DNA of 61,295 nucleotides from positions 1-61,295 of the forward strand of contig JAZRSA010000045.1 in NCBI GenBank assembly GCA_045651205.1. The letters are read 5' to 3'. The first letter of the stretch is position 1. Each line of letters begins with the position of its first letter. The notes beneath the pieces are model-generated. The model had not been told where the DNA came from. It did no database searches and saw only the letters and a list, made by a program, of their open reading frames with translations. Both the position numbers and the translations under genes were made by a program. Positions 48,983 through 59,426 of the stretch are shown piece by piece. This DNA comes from Clostridia bacterium. GTDB taxonomy: Bacteria > Bacillota > Clostridia > TANB77 > CAG-465.

Positions 48983-50485
48983 ATGAAAAGAAAAGGAATA
49001 AGTTTAATAGTTCTAAGTATAACCATACTTGTAATGGCAATACTTGCTGCAACAGTAATAATTGCATTAGAAGATAGTGGAATAATAGGACGTTCAAAGA
49101 ATACGGTTAAGAACAATAATTATTCAGATGAGTATACCAGATTAGTTGTAATTAAAAATGGAATACTTACAGATAATTTAGGAACAATAACAGTAGATGA
49201 ATTTGTAACTGAATTACAAAATAAAGGAATAATTACAGCTACTGTTAATAATGGTGATGGAACTAAAACAGTAACTACAACATCTGGATTTAATGTAATA
49301 ATATCTCAAAACGGAACAAGCGATTTAAATATTGTTATAGATGGATACACACCACCAAGTAATAATGTTGGTGGAAATACAGGTGGGAATAACGGTAATG
49401 GGGGAAATGGTGGAAATACAGGAGAAACAGGTTCTGTAACAATAACAAGTGCAGAGTTGGTTTTTCCGTATGATAATTATGAATATTATAATCCCGATCA
49501 TGAGGAAGATGCGGTAACTATGAATGTAAGTGTATCTAAAGCAGTTTCGGAGGAACAACTTACATTTAAAGGTATAGTAAGAAGAATAGCGGATGTATAT
49601 GTAGACACTAATGCGGAACCTAAAGAATATGTATTTACAAAAACTACTACGGCTAGTTCTGTAAGTTTAATATTAAATCCAAAAGTGACAGATGATATTT
49701 ATTATTTTGGATATTATTTGGTAGAATTACAAATAATAAACTCTAAAAATCAAGTATTAGCAACAAAAACATTCCCGCGAATGTCGGAAGATGGAATAGA
49801 TTTTACATTCTGGCTGCTATGTCTACCTTCAGGTACACTAATAACTGTTGAAGTAGAAGAAGTTGATGAAAATGGCAAGAAAAGAAAAGTAAGAAAGAAA
49901 AAGAAAATAGAAGACTTAACATATGATGATAATTTAGTTGTATGGGATTTTGATAATGCATGTTTTACAACAACAAAACCATTATGGTTAAAAGAAAAAG
50001 AATATACAGAAGAATATAATGTGTTAACATTTAGTGATGGAAGTACATTAAAAACAATACGTCAACATAGAATATTTAATAAAGAAGCAGGTAAATTTAC
50101 ATATCCAATGAGTGATGAAACACCAATTGGAACAACAACATTTAATGAATTAGGAGAAGAAGTAACATTAGTATCTAAAGAAGTTGTAGAAGAAAAAGTA
50201 GCATTCTATAATGTAATATCTAATTACCATATGAATGTGTTTGCAGAAGGAATATTAACTTCTTGTAGATTAAGCAACCTATACGATATTAAAGATATGA
50301 AATATGTAAAAGATGATAGGGAACTTATAGATGTATCTGAATTTGATGGAATACCAGAAGAATATGTTAATGGTTTAAGACTTAGAGAACAACCTAAAGA
50401 TGTAAATAGAGGAAATTCAGATAATCATGGTAATACGTTAAGAGACTATGTAATGAACTTAATAAAATCGGCAAAAAAGAAATAG
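48983..50485 (+). CDS. type IV pilin-like protein with C-terminal Hint (Hedgehog/intein) domain
   Basis: Class III signal KG|ISLIVL plus hydrophobic helix; G/N linker; Hint from C280 (CLPSGTLI...KKIEDL...DG..LKT...H.IF...YNV...H.N.FAEGILTSC). Confidence 0.8.
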   Translation: MKRKGISLIVLSITILVMAILAATVIIALEDSGIIGRSKNTVKNNNYSDEYTRLVVIKNGILTDNLGTITVDEFVTELQNKGIITATVNNGDGTKTVTTTSGFNVIISQNGTSDLNIVIDGYTPPSNNVGGNTGGNNGNGGNGGNTGETGSVTITSAELVFPYDNYEYYNPDHEEDAVTMNVSVSKAVSEEQLTFKGIVRRIADVYVDTNAEPKEYVFTKTTTASSVSLILNPKVTDDIYYFGYYLVELQIINSKNQVLATKTFPRMSEDGIDFTFWLLCLPSGTLITVEVEEVDENGKKRKVRKKKKIEDLTYDDNLVVWDFDNACFTTTKPLWLKEKEYTEEYNVLTFSDGSTLKTIRQHRIFNKEAGKFTYPMSDETPIGTTTFNELGEEVTLVSKEVVEEKVAFYNVISNYHMNVFAEGILTSCRLSNLYDIKDMKYVKDDRELIDVSEFDGIPEEYVNGLRLREQPKDVNRGNSDNHGNTLRDYVMNLIKSAKKK

Positions 50486-50595
50486 AATGATAAAACATAA
50501 TACACTTACAAGTATTGTAGGTGTTTTTGTATGTAATTTTAGTTGTAATATATTTTGCTTAATGATAGAATAGCAATATAGATTCGGAGGACTGT

Positions 50596-52044
50596 ATGAA
50601 AAAAATATTAATATGTATAGGAGTAGTACTTTTAATAATGCTAACTATACTTTTAATACCGAAAGAGGTTGGAACTAATATAACTTTTAATGGTGAAGAT
50701 GTTAATATAGATGGAAAAGCGAAGGTAGAAGATAATACAGTAAATATTTCTAAAGGCGGAATATATGTATTAACAGGAACTTCTAGGAAATATAAGATAA
50801 AAGTGGATACAACAAAAGATGTAATATTTGTATTAGATGATTTATCTTTAGAAAAAGATACTGGTGTAATAGAGATAATAGCAGCTGCGAATGTAACTTT
50901 TAATGTGCTTGGAGAAAATAATATAGTTTCGAGTGATGGTAAAGGAATATATAGTACTGCCATAACAAACATAAAAGGTGATGGCAAATTAAATATAACA
51001 TCATATGAAGGTATAAAGGTTGAAAATACACTTAATATAACAGATATTAAATTAAATATAGATGCTAAATCGGATTGTATAAAAGCAAATGATTTAAACA
51101 TAAATAATGCAACACTTAGTCTTGTTTCAAGTAATGAATATATACTAGATGATACTGATGGTAGATATGCATTAATAGATGGGAAATATATAAAAATAGC
51201 TAAAACGGACTTAACTAAGTATGATAAACTATATTCTTTAGCAGATTCCTGCAAGGGACTAAATATAGAAGGAATGTTAAATATAAATAATTCAAATGCA
51301 GAAATTAGTACAACAGAAGATGCTTTAAATGTGGCAAATAATATAGATATAAATAATAGTAATGTACTAATATATACAAATGATGATGGAATAACTACAG
51401 ATAAAGATATAAATATAAAAGATAGTAAAGTAGAAATAAAAGGATGTTATGAAGGAGTAGAAGGAACAAATATCTACATTACTAATTCAGATATAGATAT
51501 AAATGGTATAGACGATGGATTAAATATTGTAGCTGAGGGAGCAAAAGGCAAACTTAATATAACAAATAGTGATGTTAATATTTTAGTTGATGGTGATGGA
51601 TTAGATATACAAGGAGAAACAACGTTATTAGATACTAATATGTATTTAAATACAGGAGATAATGGAATACAATCAAATATAATCAGTGTTAATAACTCAA
51701 ACGTGAAATCGTATACTTATCCGCTTTCGGGAACTTATGCATATATTGCCATGGTAAGAAATTTGGACGGCGAGGCAATGTTTGCACAAAAACATAATAA
51801 ATTCTTTTTATCATATGAATATGAAAAAAATATAAAAGATAGTAAATTTCCATATGTATTTATAAAATGTAAAGAAGCATTTGAGATTATAGATAAAGAT
51901 AATAATGTTATATTTAAATCTTCAGATAAAGAAGAGGGATATACGAATTATTTATATATGAATAGTAAAATAGAAAAAGATAATGTATATTATCTTGTTA
52001 CAAAAAACAAAAAAGAACAATTAAAATTTAGTAATGTAGAATAA
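50596..52044 (+). CDS. carbohydrate-binding beta-helix protein (Cthe_2159/DUF4353-like)
   Basis: V.ISKGG.YVLTG, DDGI, YEGVEG, DDGLN and GDGLD repeats. Confidence 0.75.
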   Translation: MKKILICIGVVLLIMLTILLIPKEVGTNITFNGEDVNIDGKAKVEDNTVNISKGGIYVLTGTSRKYKIKVDTTKDVIFVLDDLSLEKDTGVIEIIAAANVTFNVLGENNIVSSDGKGIYSTAITNIKGDGKLNITSYEGIKVENTLNITDIKLNIDAKSDCIKANDLNINNATLSLVSSNEYILDDTDGRYALIDGKYIKIAKTDLTKYDKLYSLADSCKGLNIEGMLNINNSNAEISTTEDALNVANNIDINNSNVLIYTNDDGITTDKDINIKDSKVEIKGCYEGVEGTNIYITNSDIDINGIDDGLNIVAEGAKGKLNITNSDVNILVDGDGLDIQGETTLLDTNMYLNTGDNGIQSNIISVNNSNVKSYTYPLSGTYAYIAMVRNLDGEAMFAQKHNKFFLSYEYEKNIKDSKFPYVFIKCKEAFEIIDKDNNVIFKSSDKEEGYTNYLYMNSKIEKDNVYYLVTKNKKEQLKFSNVE

Positions 52045-52061
52045 AAAATTCGGAGGAACAT

Positions 52062-52937
52062 ATGAAAAATGTAATGTTGGAAATTAAAAACTTAACTAAA
52101 TATTACGGAAAAATATTAGGGGTAGAAGATTTATCTTTATCCTTAAATGAGGGAGAAGTGTTTGGGTTTATTGGTCCTAATGGTGCGGGAAAAAGCACTA
52201 CTATCCGTTCGGTAATGCATTTAATAAATAAAAATAGTGGAACGGTTTTAGTTAATGGTAAAGAATTTGAAAGAAACGATACTAAAACAAAAGAAATAAT
52301 TGGTTATCTTCCAAGTGAGGTTAACCTTTATGAAGATTTAATAGTAAAACAAATGCTAGATTACCACGAGTCTTTTTATAATAAAGACATACATAAAAGA
52401 AGATGTGAACTAGTAGAAAGATTAAAATTAGATGAGTCTAAAAAGGTAGAAGATTTATCTTTAGGTAATTCTAAAAAGTTAGGTATAGTCCTTGCATTTA
52501 TGCATGAACCAAAACTATTAATATTAGATGAGCCAACTAGTGGACTAGATCCAATTATGCAACAAGAGTTTTATAAACTACTTGTGGAAGAAAAGAAAAA
52601 AGGAACAACAATTTTCTATTCTACACATATATTAAGTGAAATATCTAAAATATGCGATAGAGTTGGAATTATAAAAAATGGTAAACTATTAAAAATAGAA
52701 AAAATAGGAGAACTTCTAAAGAAGAATCTAGATTTAGTTACAGTAACGGCTAAAGAGGTAAAAAGTTTAGTAGAAGAACTAAATGTAGAAGTAATAGAAA
52801 AGAATAAAAACACAGTTAAATTCAAAAACGTATTACCAGCAAATGAGCTTATTAAAATAATAGCTAAATATGATATAGAAGATATATTAATAGAAGAAGC
52901 AAGTCTAGAAGACATCTTCTTACATTATTATGAATAG
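52062..52937 (+). CDS. ABC transporter ATP-binding protein
   Basis: GPNGAGKST, LSLGN and LDEPTSGLD motifs. Confidence 0.95.
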   Translation: MKNVMLEIKNLTKYYGKILGVEDLSLSLNEGEVFGFIGPNGAGKSTTIRSVMHLINKNSGTVLVNGKEFERNDTKTKEIIGYLPSEVNLYEDLIVKQMLDYHESFYNKDIHKRRCELVERLKLDESKKVEDLSLGNSKKLGIVLAFMHEPKLLILDEPTSGLDPIMQQEFYKLLVEEKKKGTTIFYSTHILSEISKICDRVGIIKNGKLLKIEKIGELLKKNLDLVTVTAKEVKSLVEELNVEVIEKNKNTVKFKNVLPANELIKIIAKYDIEDILIEEASLEDIFLHYYE

Positions 52938-52949
52938 GAGGTAATACAT

Positions 52950-53741
52950 ATGTTTAAGAGAGAATTAAAAGCAAACTTAAAAAGTTTTTTAATATGGACA
53001 GCGATACTTGTAGTATTATTCTTGTTAGTATTTTTAATGTATCCTAGCATAATGAGTAGTGAAAGTGGAGCTATGATAGATGAACTAGTTACAATATTCC
53101 CAGAAGAAGTGTTAGTAGCATTTAATATGGATATTGCATCTATGACATCTGCGTTTGGATGGCTTAAAACAGAAGGTATGGTATTAGTACTTTTAATACT
53201 AGCAAGCTATTCTGGAATACTTGGTTCTAATATAATACTAAAAGAAGAAAGCGATAAAACAATAGAATATCTAAATAGCTTACCTGTAAGTAGAAGTAAA
53301 ATTGTAGCAAGCAAAGCTTTAGCGGGATTAATATATATTGTTTTAATGGTAGCATTTTTAACATTATTTAATTTTATAGGATTAAGTATAGTAGAAGATT
53401 TTGATAAATCTTTATTCTTAAAAATGAGTATAACACCATTATTTACATGCATAGTAACATATTTCTTATGTATGTTCATAGCTACATTTACACATAAGAC
53501 TAAAAAGATGATAGGAATATCTATGGGAATAGTAATGGTAAGTTACATGCTACAAGTTATATCTGCAATGTTTGAAGATTTAGAATTCTTTAAATATTTA
53601 TCTACATTTAGTTTAGCAGATATGCGTAATGTAATAACCGAAGGAGTAATAAATCCAGTAACTATAGTTATAACAATAGTAGCAAGTATAATACTTTATG
53701 TTTTAACATTATTTAGATATGATAGAAAAGAATTAGTATAA
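52950..53741 (+). CDS. ABC-2 transporter permease
   Basis: Six TM segments and EE..KTIEYL..LPVSR motif. Confidence 0.9.
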   Translation: MFKRELKANLKSFLIWTAILVVLFLLVFLMYPSIMSSESGAMIDELVTIFPEEVLVAFNMDIASMTSAFGWLKTEGMVLVLLILASYSGILGSNIILKEESDKTIEYLNSLPVSRSKIVASKALAGLIYIVLMVAFLTLFNFIGLSIVEDFDKSLFLKMSITPLFTCIVTYFLCMFIATFTHKTKKMIGISMGIVMVSYMLQVISAMFEDLEFFKYLSTFSLADMRNVITEGVINPVTIVITIVASIILYVLTLFRYDRKELV

Positions 53742-53749
53742 ATAATAGA

Positions 53750-53786
53750 TAATTCAGTTGGTGCAAAATTTGCACCAACTGAATTA
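53750..53786. repeat. perfect 18-bp inverted repeat
   Basis: taattcagttggtgcaaa-a-tttgcaccaactgaatta. Confidence 0.9.
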
Positions 53787-53802
53787 ATAAAAGGAGGCGC
53801 AA

Positions 53803-55068
53803 ATGGAAGAAAATAACAAATGCTTGTATAAGTGTGAAAGTATAATAGATGTAAACGAGTATAAAAAGATGGCTAAGTATTTCCCTAAAAGAATGTACTT
53901 TGCATATGTTAAAAGAAACACATTTTTAAATTTAATTTTAACCGCTATAATTGCAATAGCAACACAAAGTCTTCTTTATACGGCAGAATTTTTTGTTGTT
54001 TCGCAAATATTGATTATGATTATTATTAATTTTAGGTTAGAATATTATGCGGAGCAAGAATTCTATGCCTTACAAAAACAAGGACTTTTGGATGAAAAAA
54101 TTGAAACGGAATTTTATGAAGACTATTTTATAAGAAAAGGCGAGAAACTTTCACTTAATGTTAAGTATTCAGATATAAGCAGATGTATAGAAACAGACAC
54201 TAATTTTTATCTTGAATATGCAACTCGAAATGTAATTATAATATTCCAAAAGGCTCGTTGTAGTGAAGAAGTACTGGATTTTATTACAAAAACTTTTGCA
54301 AATTTTGAAAATTGCATACAAGGTAAAACTAAAGTTAAGAAAGAAAAAAATGAGAAAAAGCATAATCCTGATCTTATTAAAACAGGAATGTTGGTACTAT
54401 TCATAGCATCAATAGCAAGCTTATGGGGTGCGTTATATTCAGTCGAATTAGTAGATAAACTAATTCCACAGTATGGATTTAGTTTCACTAAGAACATGTG
54501 GGTGTTTTGGTGTTGGTTACCAGTTCCAATTTTATCTATAATATTAGGAAAGAAATATAAAAAAGAAGGATTTAACTGTAAGAAAAATGTTGTTGCTGGG
54601 TATATAATGGCGGTGATTTTGTCTATATATGGTGCCTTTTGCTTATTCCCAACATATGAACAAGATTATACTAAGCTAAATGAATACAAAGAGGTGATTG
54701 ATGCAACACTTCCAATCAATGGTGTTTTAGAAATTCAAAATTGGGATACATATTTTGATGAAGATATAACAGAGTATGTAACTATAAATGCATACTATGA
54801 AAATCAAGATGTAACAGTATTGGAAAAAAGCATTGAAAATAACCCTAATTGGATATTAGGTAGCGAAATCACTTCGGATTTAAAAGTATTTATACCAATT
54901 ATGCTTCAAGGCAATGATAATGCATATTACTCAATATATAACCAAACAACTAATGAGTATAACACAGTACCAGAAGATTCTGGAGATTATAAAATATATG
55001 CAATGAGATATGATAAAGAAAATAAAAAACTAGAGATTCATGAATTTAGAATCGCATATAGTAAATAA
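53803..55068 (+). CDS. YcxB-like domain membrane protein
   Basis: Two TM helices followed by FYED....YSDI...ET...FYL...IIFQK, then three more TM helices. Confidence 0.6.
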   Translation: MEENNKCLYKCESIIDVNEYKKMAKYFPKRMYFAYVKRNTFLNLILTAIIAIATQSLLYTAEFFVVSQILIMIIINFRLEYYAEQEFYALQKQGLLDEKIETEFYEDYFIRKGEKLSLNVKYSDISRCIETDTNFYLEYATRNVIIIFQKARCSEEVLDFITKTFANFENCIQGKTKVKKEKNEKKHNPDLIKTGMLVLFIASIASLWGALYSVELVDKLIPQYGFSFTKNMWVFWCWLPVPILSIILGKKYKKEGFNCKKNVVAGYIMAVILSIYGAFCLFPTYEQDYTKLNEYKEVIDATLPINGVLEIQNWDTYFDEDITEYVTINAYYENQDVTVLEKSIENNPNWILGSEITSDLKVFIPIMLQGNDNAYYSIYNQTTNEYNTVPEDSGDYKIYAMRYDKENKKLEIHEFRIAYSK

Positions 55069-55173
55069 GAGGCTTAAAAGCCTCTTTTAATTTTCTAAAA
55101 AAATGGTATAATATTAAGAGTGGTTTGCAAATTTAACAACTTTTGTTAAGTAGAAACTACAAAAGGAGAAACA

Positions 55174-57123
55174 ATGTTTAAATTAGTATCAAATTTTAAA
55201 CCAACAGGAGATCAACCTGAAGCAATTAAAGCGCTGGTAGAAGGAATAAAAAATGGAGATAGAGGCCAAACACTACTTGGTGTAACAGGTAGTGGTAAGA
55301 CGTTTACTATTGCTAATGTTATAGCTGAGGTAAATAAACCTACAATAATAATGGCACATAATAAAACACTTGCTGGACAACTGTACTCAGAATTCAAGGA
55401 GTTCTTCCCTGAAAACGCAGTTGAGTATTTTATATCATACTATGACTATTTCCAACCAGAAGCATATATTGCAGCAACAGATACATATATAGAAAAAGAT
55501 AGTAGTATAAATGATGAAATAGATAGAATGAGACATAGTGCTACTGCAGCTGTATTTGAAAGAAAAGACATAATAATAATTGCATCAGTTTCAGCTATAT
55601 ATGCATTAGGTTCACCAGAAGAATATAGAGACCATACTTTATCTGTAAGACCAGGAATGATGAAGTCTCGTGAAGATGTAATGTCTAAACTTGTTGAGAT
55701 GCAATATACAAGAAGTGATATGGAATTTTTACGTGGTACATTTAGAGTTAAGGGAGATATAATAGATGTATATGAAGTAGGTAATAATGAGCACGCACTT
55801 CGTATAGAATTCTTTGGAGATGAAATAGATAAATTAACATTTATTGAACCAATCTCAGGTAAAACAATTGCTAGAGTGGATCATGAATTAATATATCCAA
55901 AATCTCACTATGTAACTTCTAGAGATAAAGTAAATAAGGCTATAGGAAGAATTAAAGAAGAACTAGATTTAAGACTTGCTGAACTAAGAAGCGAAGAAAA
56001 GATAGTTGAAGCATATCGTCTAGAGCAACGTGTAAACTTTGATATAGAAATGCTTCAAGAAACAGGCTTTTGTCAAGGAATAGAAAACTATTCTGTATAT
56101 ATGGCAGACCGTGAACGTGGAAGTACACCATATTGTCTTTTCGACTTTATGGGCGAAGATTATTTAACAGTAATAGATGAATCTCACGTAACAATACCTC
56201 AAATAGGTGGTATGTATAATGGAGATAGAGCAAGAAAACAAGCTCTAGTAGACTATGGATTTAGACTACCTTCTGCAATGGATAATAGACCGTTATCTTT
56301 TAAGGAATGGGAAGAAAAAACAAGACAATTAATATTTGTAAGTGCTACCCCAGGAGATTATGAAAAGAATAATTCTACTCAGGTAGTAGAACAAATAATA
56401 AGACCAACAGGACTTTTAGATCCTAAGATTACTGTTAAAGAAACTGATGGACAAATAGAAGATTTAATTAAGAATATTAATGAAAGGGTAGCTAAGAAGG
56501 AAAGAGTTCTTGTTACTACTTTAACTAAAAAGATGGCAGAGGAGCTTACTAGTTATCTTGAAGAAAAAGGTATTAAAGTAAGATATATGCATTCAGATAT
56601 AAAGGCTTTAGATAGACTTGAAATAATACGTGAACTAAGACTTGGTAAGTTTGATGTTCTAGTTGGAATTAACCTTTTAAGAGAAGGTCTAGATATTCCA
56701 GAAGTATCTTTAGTTGCTATACTCGATGCGGATAAAGAAGGCTTCTTAAGAAGTGAACGTTCATTAATACAAACAATAGGTAGAGCGGCAAGAAACTCTG
56801 AGGGACAAGTAATAATGTATGCAGATGAGTTAACAGACTCTATGGAAAACGCAATAAGAGAAACAAATAGAAGAAGAAAGATACAAGAAGAATATAACTT
56901 AAAACATGGTATTGTTCCAAAGAGTATAGTTAAGGATGTTAGAGATAGTGTTAAAGCTGTATTTAACGATGAAGAAGCTCCAGTAATAGAACAAGAAAAA
57001 GGAGAAACTTTAGAACAAACTATAGATAGACTTACTAAAGAAATGTTTGAGTATGCTAGAAAATACGAGTTTGAAAAAGCAGCAGTATTAAGAGATTTAA
57101 TAAACGAATTAAAAAACAGCTAA
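55174..57123 (+). CDS. uvrB: excinuclease ABC subunit B
   Basis: [32 protein letters not shown] and a C-terminal UVR domain. Confidence 0.98.
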   Translation: MFKLVSNFKPTGDQPEAIKALVEGIKNGDRGQTLLGVTGSGKTFTIANVIAEVNKPTIIMAHNKTLAGQLYSEFKEFFPENAVEYFISYYDYFQPEAYIAATDTYIEKDSSINDEIDRMRHSATAAVFERKDIIIIASVSAIYALGSPEEYRDHTLSVRPGMMKSREDVMSKLVEMQYTRSDMEFLRGTFRVKGDIIDVYEVGNNEHALRIEFFGDEIDKLTFIEPISGKTIARVDHELIYPKSHYVTSRDKVNKAIGRIKEELDLRLAELRSEEKIVEAYRLEQRVNFDIEMLQETGFCQGIENYSVYMADRERGSTPYCLFDFMGEDYLTVIDESHVTIPQIGGMYNGDRARKQALVDYGFRLPSAMDNRPLSFKEWEEKTRQLIFVSATPGDYEKNNSTQVVEQIIRPTGLLDPKITVKETDGQIEDLIKNINERVAKKERVLVTTLTKKMAEELTSYLEEKGIKVRYMHSDIKALDRLEIIRELRLGKFDVLVGINLLREGLDIPEVSLVAILDADKEGFLRSERSLIQTIGRAARNSEGQVIMYADELTDSMENAIRETNRRRKIQEEYNLKHGIVPKSIVKDVRDSVKAVFNDEEAPVIEQEKGETLEQTIDRLTKEMFEYARKYEFEKAAVLRDLINELKNS

Positions 57124-57261
57124 TCAGCTGTTTTTTATTGCAAATAGCGAAGATAATTGGTATAATATGGATGCCTATTTCTTATGGGGGTAAGGATTCA
57201 ATTGTTTATATATATGCACAAGATTTTTTAGGGTTGCAAAATATATAAAGGAGGAATTTTT

Positions 57262-57756
57262 ATGAAAGAAGAAATGAGCGATTTTTTAAAATTTGTATAC
57301 GAGAACAATTTAGCTAAAGATGTAAGCGAGGCATTTAAGGAGTATCCGCCAGAAGAAGAATGGCATAAAGGCAAGCTTGAAAATTTTGTTGCTGAAGAAA
57401 GTTTAATAGAGTATGCAACTACATATGAAGAAGGGGATATTGTATTTGTAAAAGAATACGAATATTCTGATGGAAAGAAAGGATATAATCACTTCTTTGT
57501 AATAATTGAAAAAAATACAAGAGCTGTTCCTATAGAGTATCTTTCAATGATACTTTCATCTAAGATTGAAAAGCAAAAGTATAGAGCTAACAAATTGCTT
57601 AAAAAGGACAAACAAAACAATTTGAAAAAAGATAGTATTGTAAAGATAGATAAAGTATATATGTTATCTTTTAGTCAAATAGTATGTAAAGTTGGAAGTG
57701 TAAGTAAAGATATAATAGAGGAATATAAAGCTAGTTATTCTAAATACAATGATTAG
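57262..57756 (+). CDS. PemK/MazF-like protein with acidic N-terminal extension
   Basis: GDIVFV...HFFVII...LSS...NNLKKDSIVK.D pattern. Confidence 0.6.
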   Translation: MKEEMSDFLKFVYENNLAKDVSEAFKEYPPEEEWHKGKLENFVAEESLIEYATTYEEGDIVFVKEYEYSDGKKGYNHFFVIIEKNTRAVPIEYLSMILSSKIEKQKYRANKLLKKDKQNNLKKDSIVKIDKVYMLSFSQIVCKVGSVSKDIIEEYKASYSKYND

Positions 57757-57783
57757 AAAATAACAACCTAAAAGAGTAACAAA

Positions 57784-57812
57784 TAACCCTAGACATAATG
57801 TCTAGGGTTTTA
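57784..57812. terminator. bidirectional terminator
   Basis: aaccctagaca-taa-tgtctagggtttt. Confidence 0.85.
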
Positions 57813-57825
57813 CTTTATTCATATA

Positions 57826-58065
57826 TTATTTAGAAAGTTCTTTTTTACATTTTGCACAAACGTTTTTGTCTTTAAATACTGTAACGTCATTTCCTTCACC
57901 ACAGAATATGCAGCAAGGAGCATATTTTTTAAGAATTATAGATTCGCCTTCTACATAGATTTCTAAAGCATCTTTAGTATCTACACCTAAAGTTCTTCTA
58001 AGTTCCATTGGAAGTACGATTCTTCCTAGTTCATCTACTTTTCTAACTATTCCTGTTGATTTCAT
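57826..58065 (-). CDS. abrB: AbrB family transition-state regulator
   Basis: MKSTGIVRKVDELGRIVLPMELRR and C-terminal CIFC/CxxC. Confidence 0.88.
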   Translation of the reverse strand: MKSTGIVRKVDELGRIVLPMELRRTLGVDTKDALEIYVEGESIILKKYAPCCIFCGEGNDVTVFKDKNVCAKCKKELSK

Positions 58066-58128
58066 AATTTTACACCTCGATAAAATAATAACATAGCTGT
58101 AAAAAAAATACAAGTATTTTTTTATATT

Positions 58129-58617
58129 CTAGTGGTGATAAGTTTCGTTGTTATTTATCTTAAACGCCCTAAATATCTGCTCTAGAAGGAATATTCGTAT
58201 CATTTGGTGTGGGAAAGTAAGTTTAGAAAACGAAAGTAATACATTCGCACTTTCTTTAACTTGTTTACTTAACCCTAAACTTCCACCAATAACAAATGTA
58301 ATAGTGGAGTTACCTTCAGTTGCAATTTTAGAAATTTTTTCGCTTAATTCTATTGATGTAAATTCTTTACCGTATTCATCTAAAACAAAATTAAATGAGT
58401 TGTTTATATTATTTAATTTTTGTAATATTGCTTGCCCTTCTTTTTCTTTAACAATATTAATGTTACTTTCATTAAGTGTAGTAGGGAGCTTTTCATCTTT
58501 TAAGCAGATTATTTCAAGTTTACAGTATTTAGAAAGTCTTTTTACATATTCTGCTTCGTATTCTTTTAAATACTTTTCTTTAAGATCTCCTACACATATT
58601 ATCTTAATATTTATCAT
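58129..58617 (-). CDS. rlmH: 23S rRNA (pseudouridine1915-N3)-methyltransferase
   Basis: FVIGGSLGL, SFSKLTFPHQ and EQIFRA...YH motifs. Confidence 0.95.
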   Translation of the reverse strand: MINIKIICVGDLKEKYLKEYEAEYVKRLSKYCKLEIICLKDEKLPTTLNESNINIVKEKEGQAILQKLNNINNSFNFVLDEYGKEFTSIELSEKISKIATEGNSTITFVIGGSLGLSKQVKESANVLLSFSKLTFPHQMIRIFLLEQIFRAFKINNNETYHH

Positions 58618-59408
58618 AAAATGTACTCCTCGTATGAAACATCGCGTGTAGCACAGTGGATGTTAAATTCATTTAAATCAAAACCATTATCTTTTAGTGT
58701 TTGGTTAACAGCAAATAGTGCCTGTTCTGGTTCGTTGTTGTTTTCACTAATATGTCCTAAAAGGAAATTTCTTTTTCCTTCTTTAGCAAGTGAAAGTATT
58801 GTGTCAGATGTATCATCATTAGATAAGTGACCAATATCACTTTGTATTCTACATTTAAGTGGGTAAGAGTAAGGACCGTACATAAGTAGGTTTCTATCAT
58901 AGTTACACTCAAGAACTGTAAATGTTGAATCTGAAAGTTGTTTATACACATCATCTGAAACATAACCTAAATCTGTAGCTATTGTTAGTATAGATTCTTC
59001 ATTTGCAAAGGTGAAGCCTAGAGGCTCTTTTGCGTCGTGAGAAATCTTAAATGGTGTAACTTTTATATCTTTAAGATAAAACTCGTTATTTTGGTTTACA
59101 GACACAAATACGGGTTCTTTTTTTAGTTTATCCTTATGTTTATCTAAAAGATATGCTCTAGTTCCATTAGATGTATATATTGGTATATCTGTTTTGTTAA
59201 TTAAAGTGGCTACACCTTTTGTGTGATCAATGTGTTCATGGGTAATAAATAGGGCGTCAATTTCAGAAAGAGTGATACCTAAGGTATCTAAAGATTCTGT
59301 AAGAGACTTAAAAGAAACCCCAATGTCTACTATTACAGTAGCCTTTGGGGATCTAATTAAATACATATTACCTGAACTGCCACTATATAATGGATATAGT
59401 TTTAGCAT
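58614..59408 (-). CDS. MBL-fold hydrolase (YycJ/WalJ family)
   Basis: SGSSGN, THEHIDH, SHDA, TDLG and GHLSN motifs. Confidence 0.9.
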   Translation of the reverse strand: MLKLYPLYSGSSGNMYLIRSPKATVIVDIGVSFKSLTESLDTLGITLSEIDALFITHEHIDHTKGVATLINKTDIPIYTSNGTRAYLLDKHKDKLKKEPVFVSVNQNNEFYLKDIKVTPFKISHDAKEPLGFTFANEESILTIATDLGYVSDDVYKQLSDSTFTVLECNYDRNLLMYGPYSYPLKCRIQSDIGHLSNDDTSDTILSLAKEGKRNFLLGHISENNNEPEQALFAVNQTLKDNGFDLNEFNIHCATRDVSYEEYIL

Positions 59409-59426
59409 AATACGCTCCGTTTCTTA

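Noticed and set aside
49820..50266. Canonical splicing intein or homing endonuclease
   Set aside because: No terminal His-Asn and no LAGLIDADG region; treated as a Hedgehog/BIL-like Hint domain.
55069..55173. LexA box upstream of uvrB
   Set aside because: No GAAC-N4-GTTC; only a short AT-rich palindrome (ttaacaa-ctt-ttgttaa) that could be chance.
57262..58065. AbrB gene as the MazE antitoxin of the PemK-like gene
   Set aside because: The genes are convergent with a terminator between them, and the sequence is a typical transition-state AbrB.
58066..58150. SCC/ICE insertion at the rlmH 3' end
   Set aside because: abrB follows directly, with no recombinase or direct repeats.
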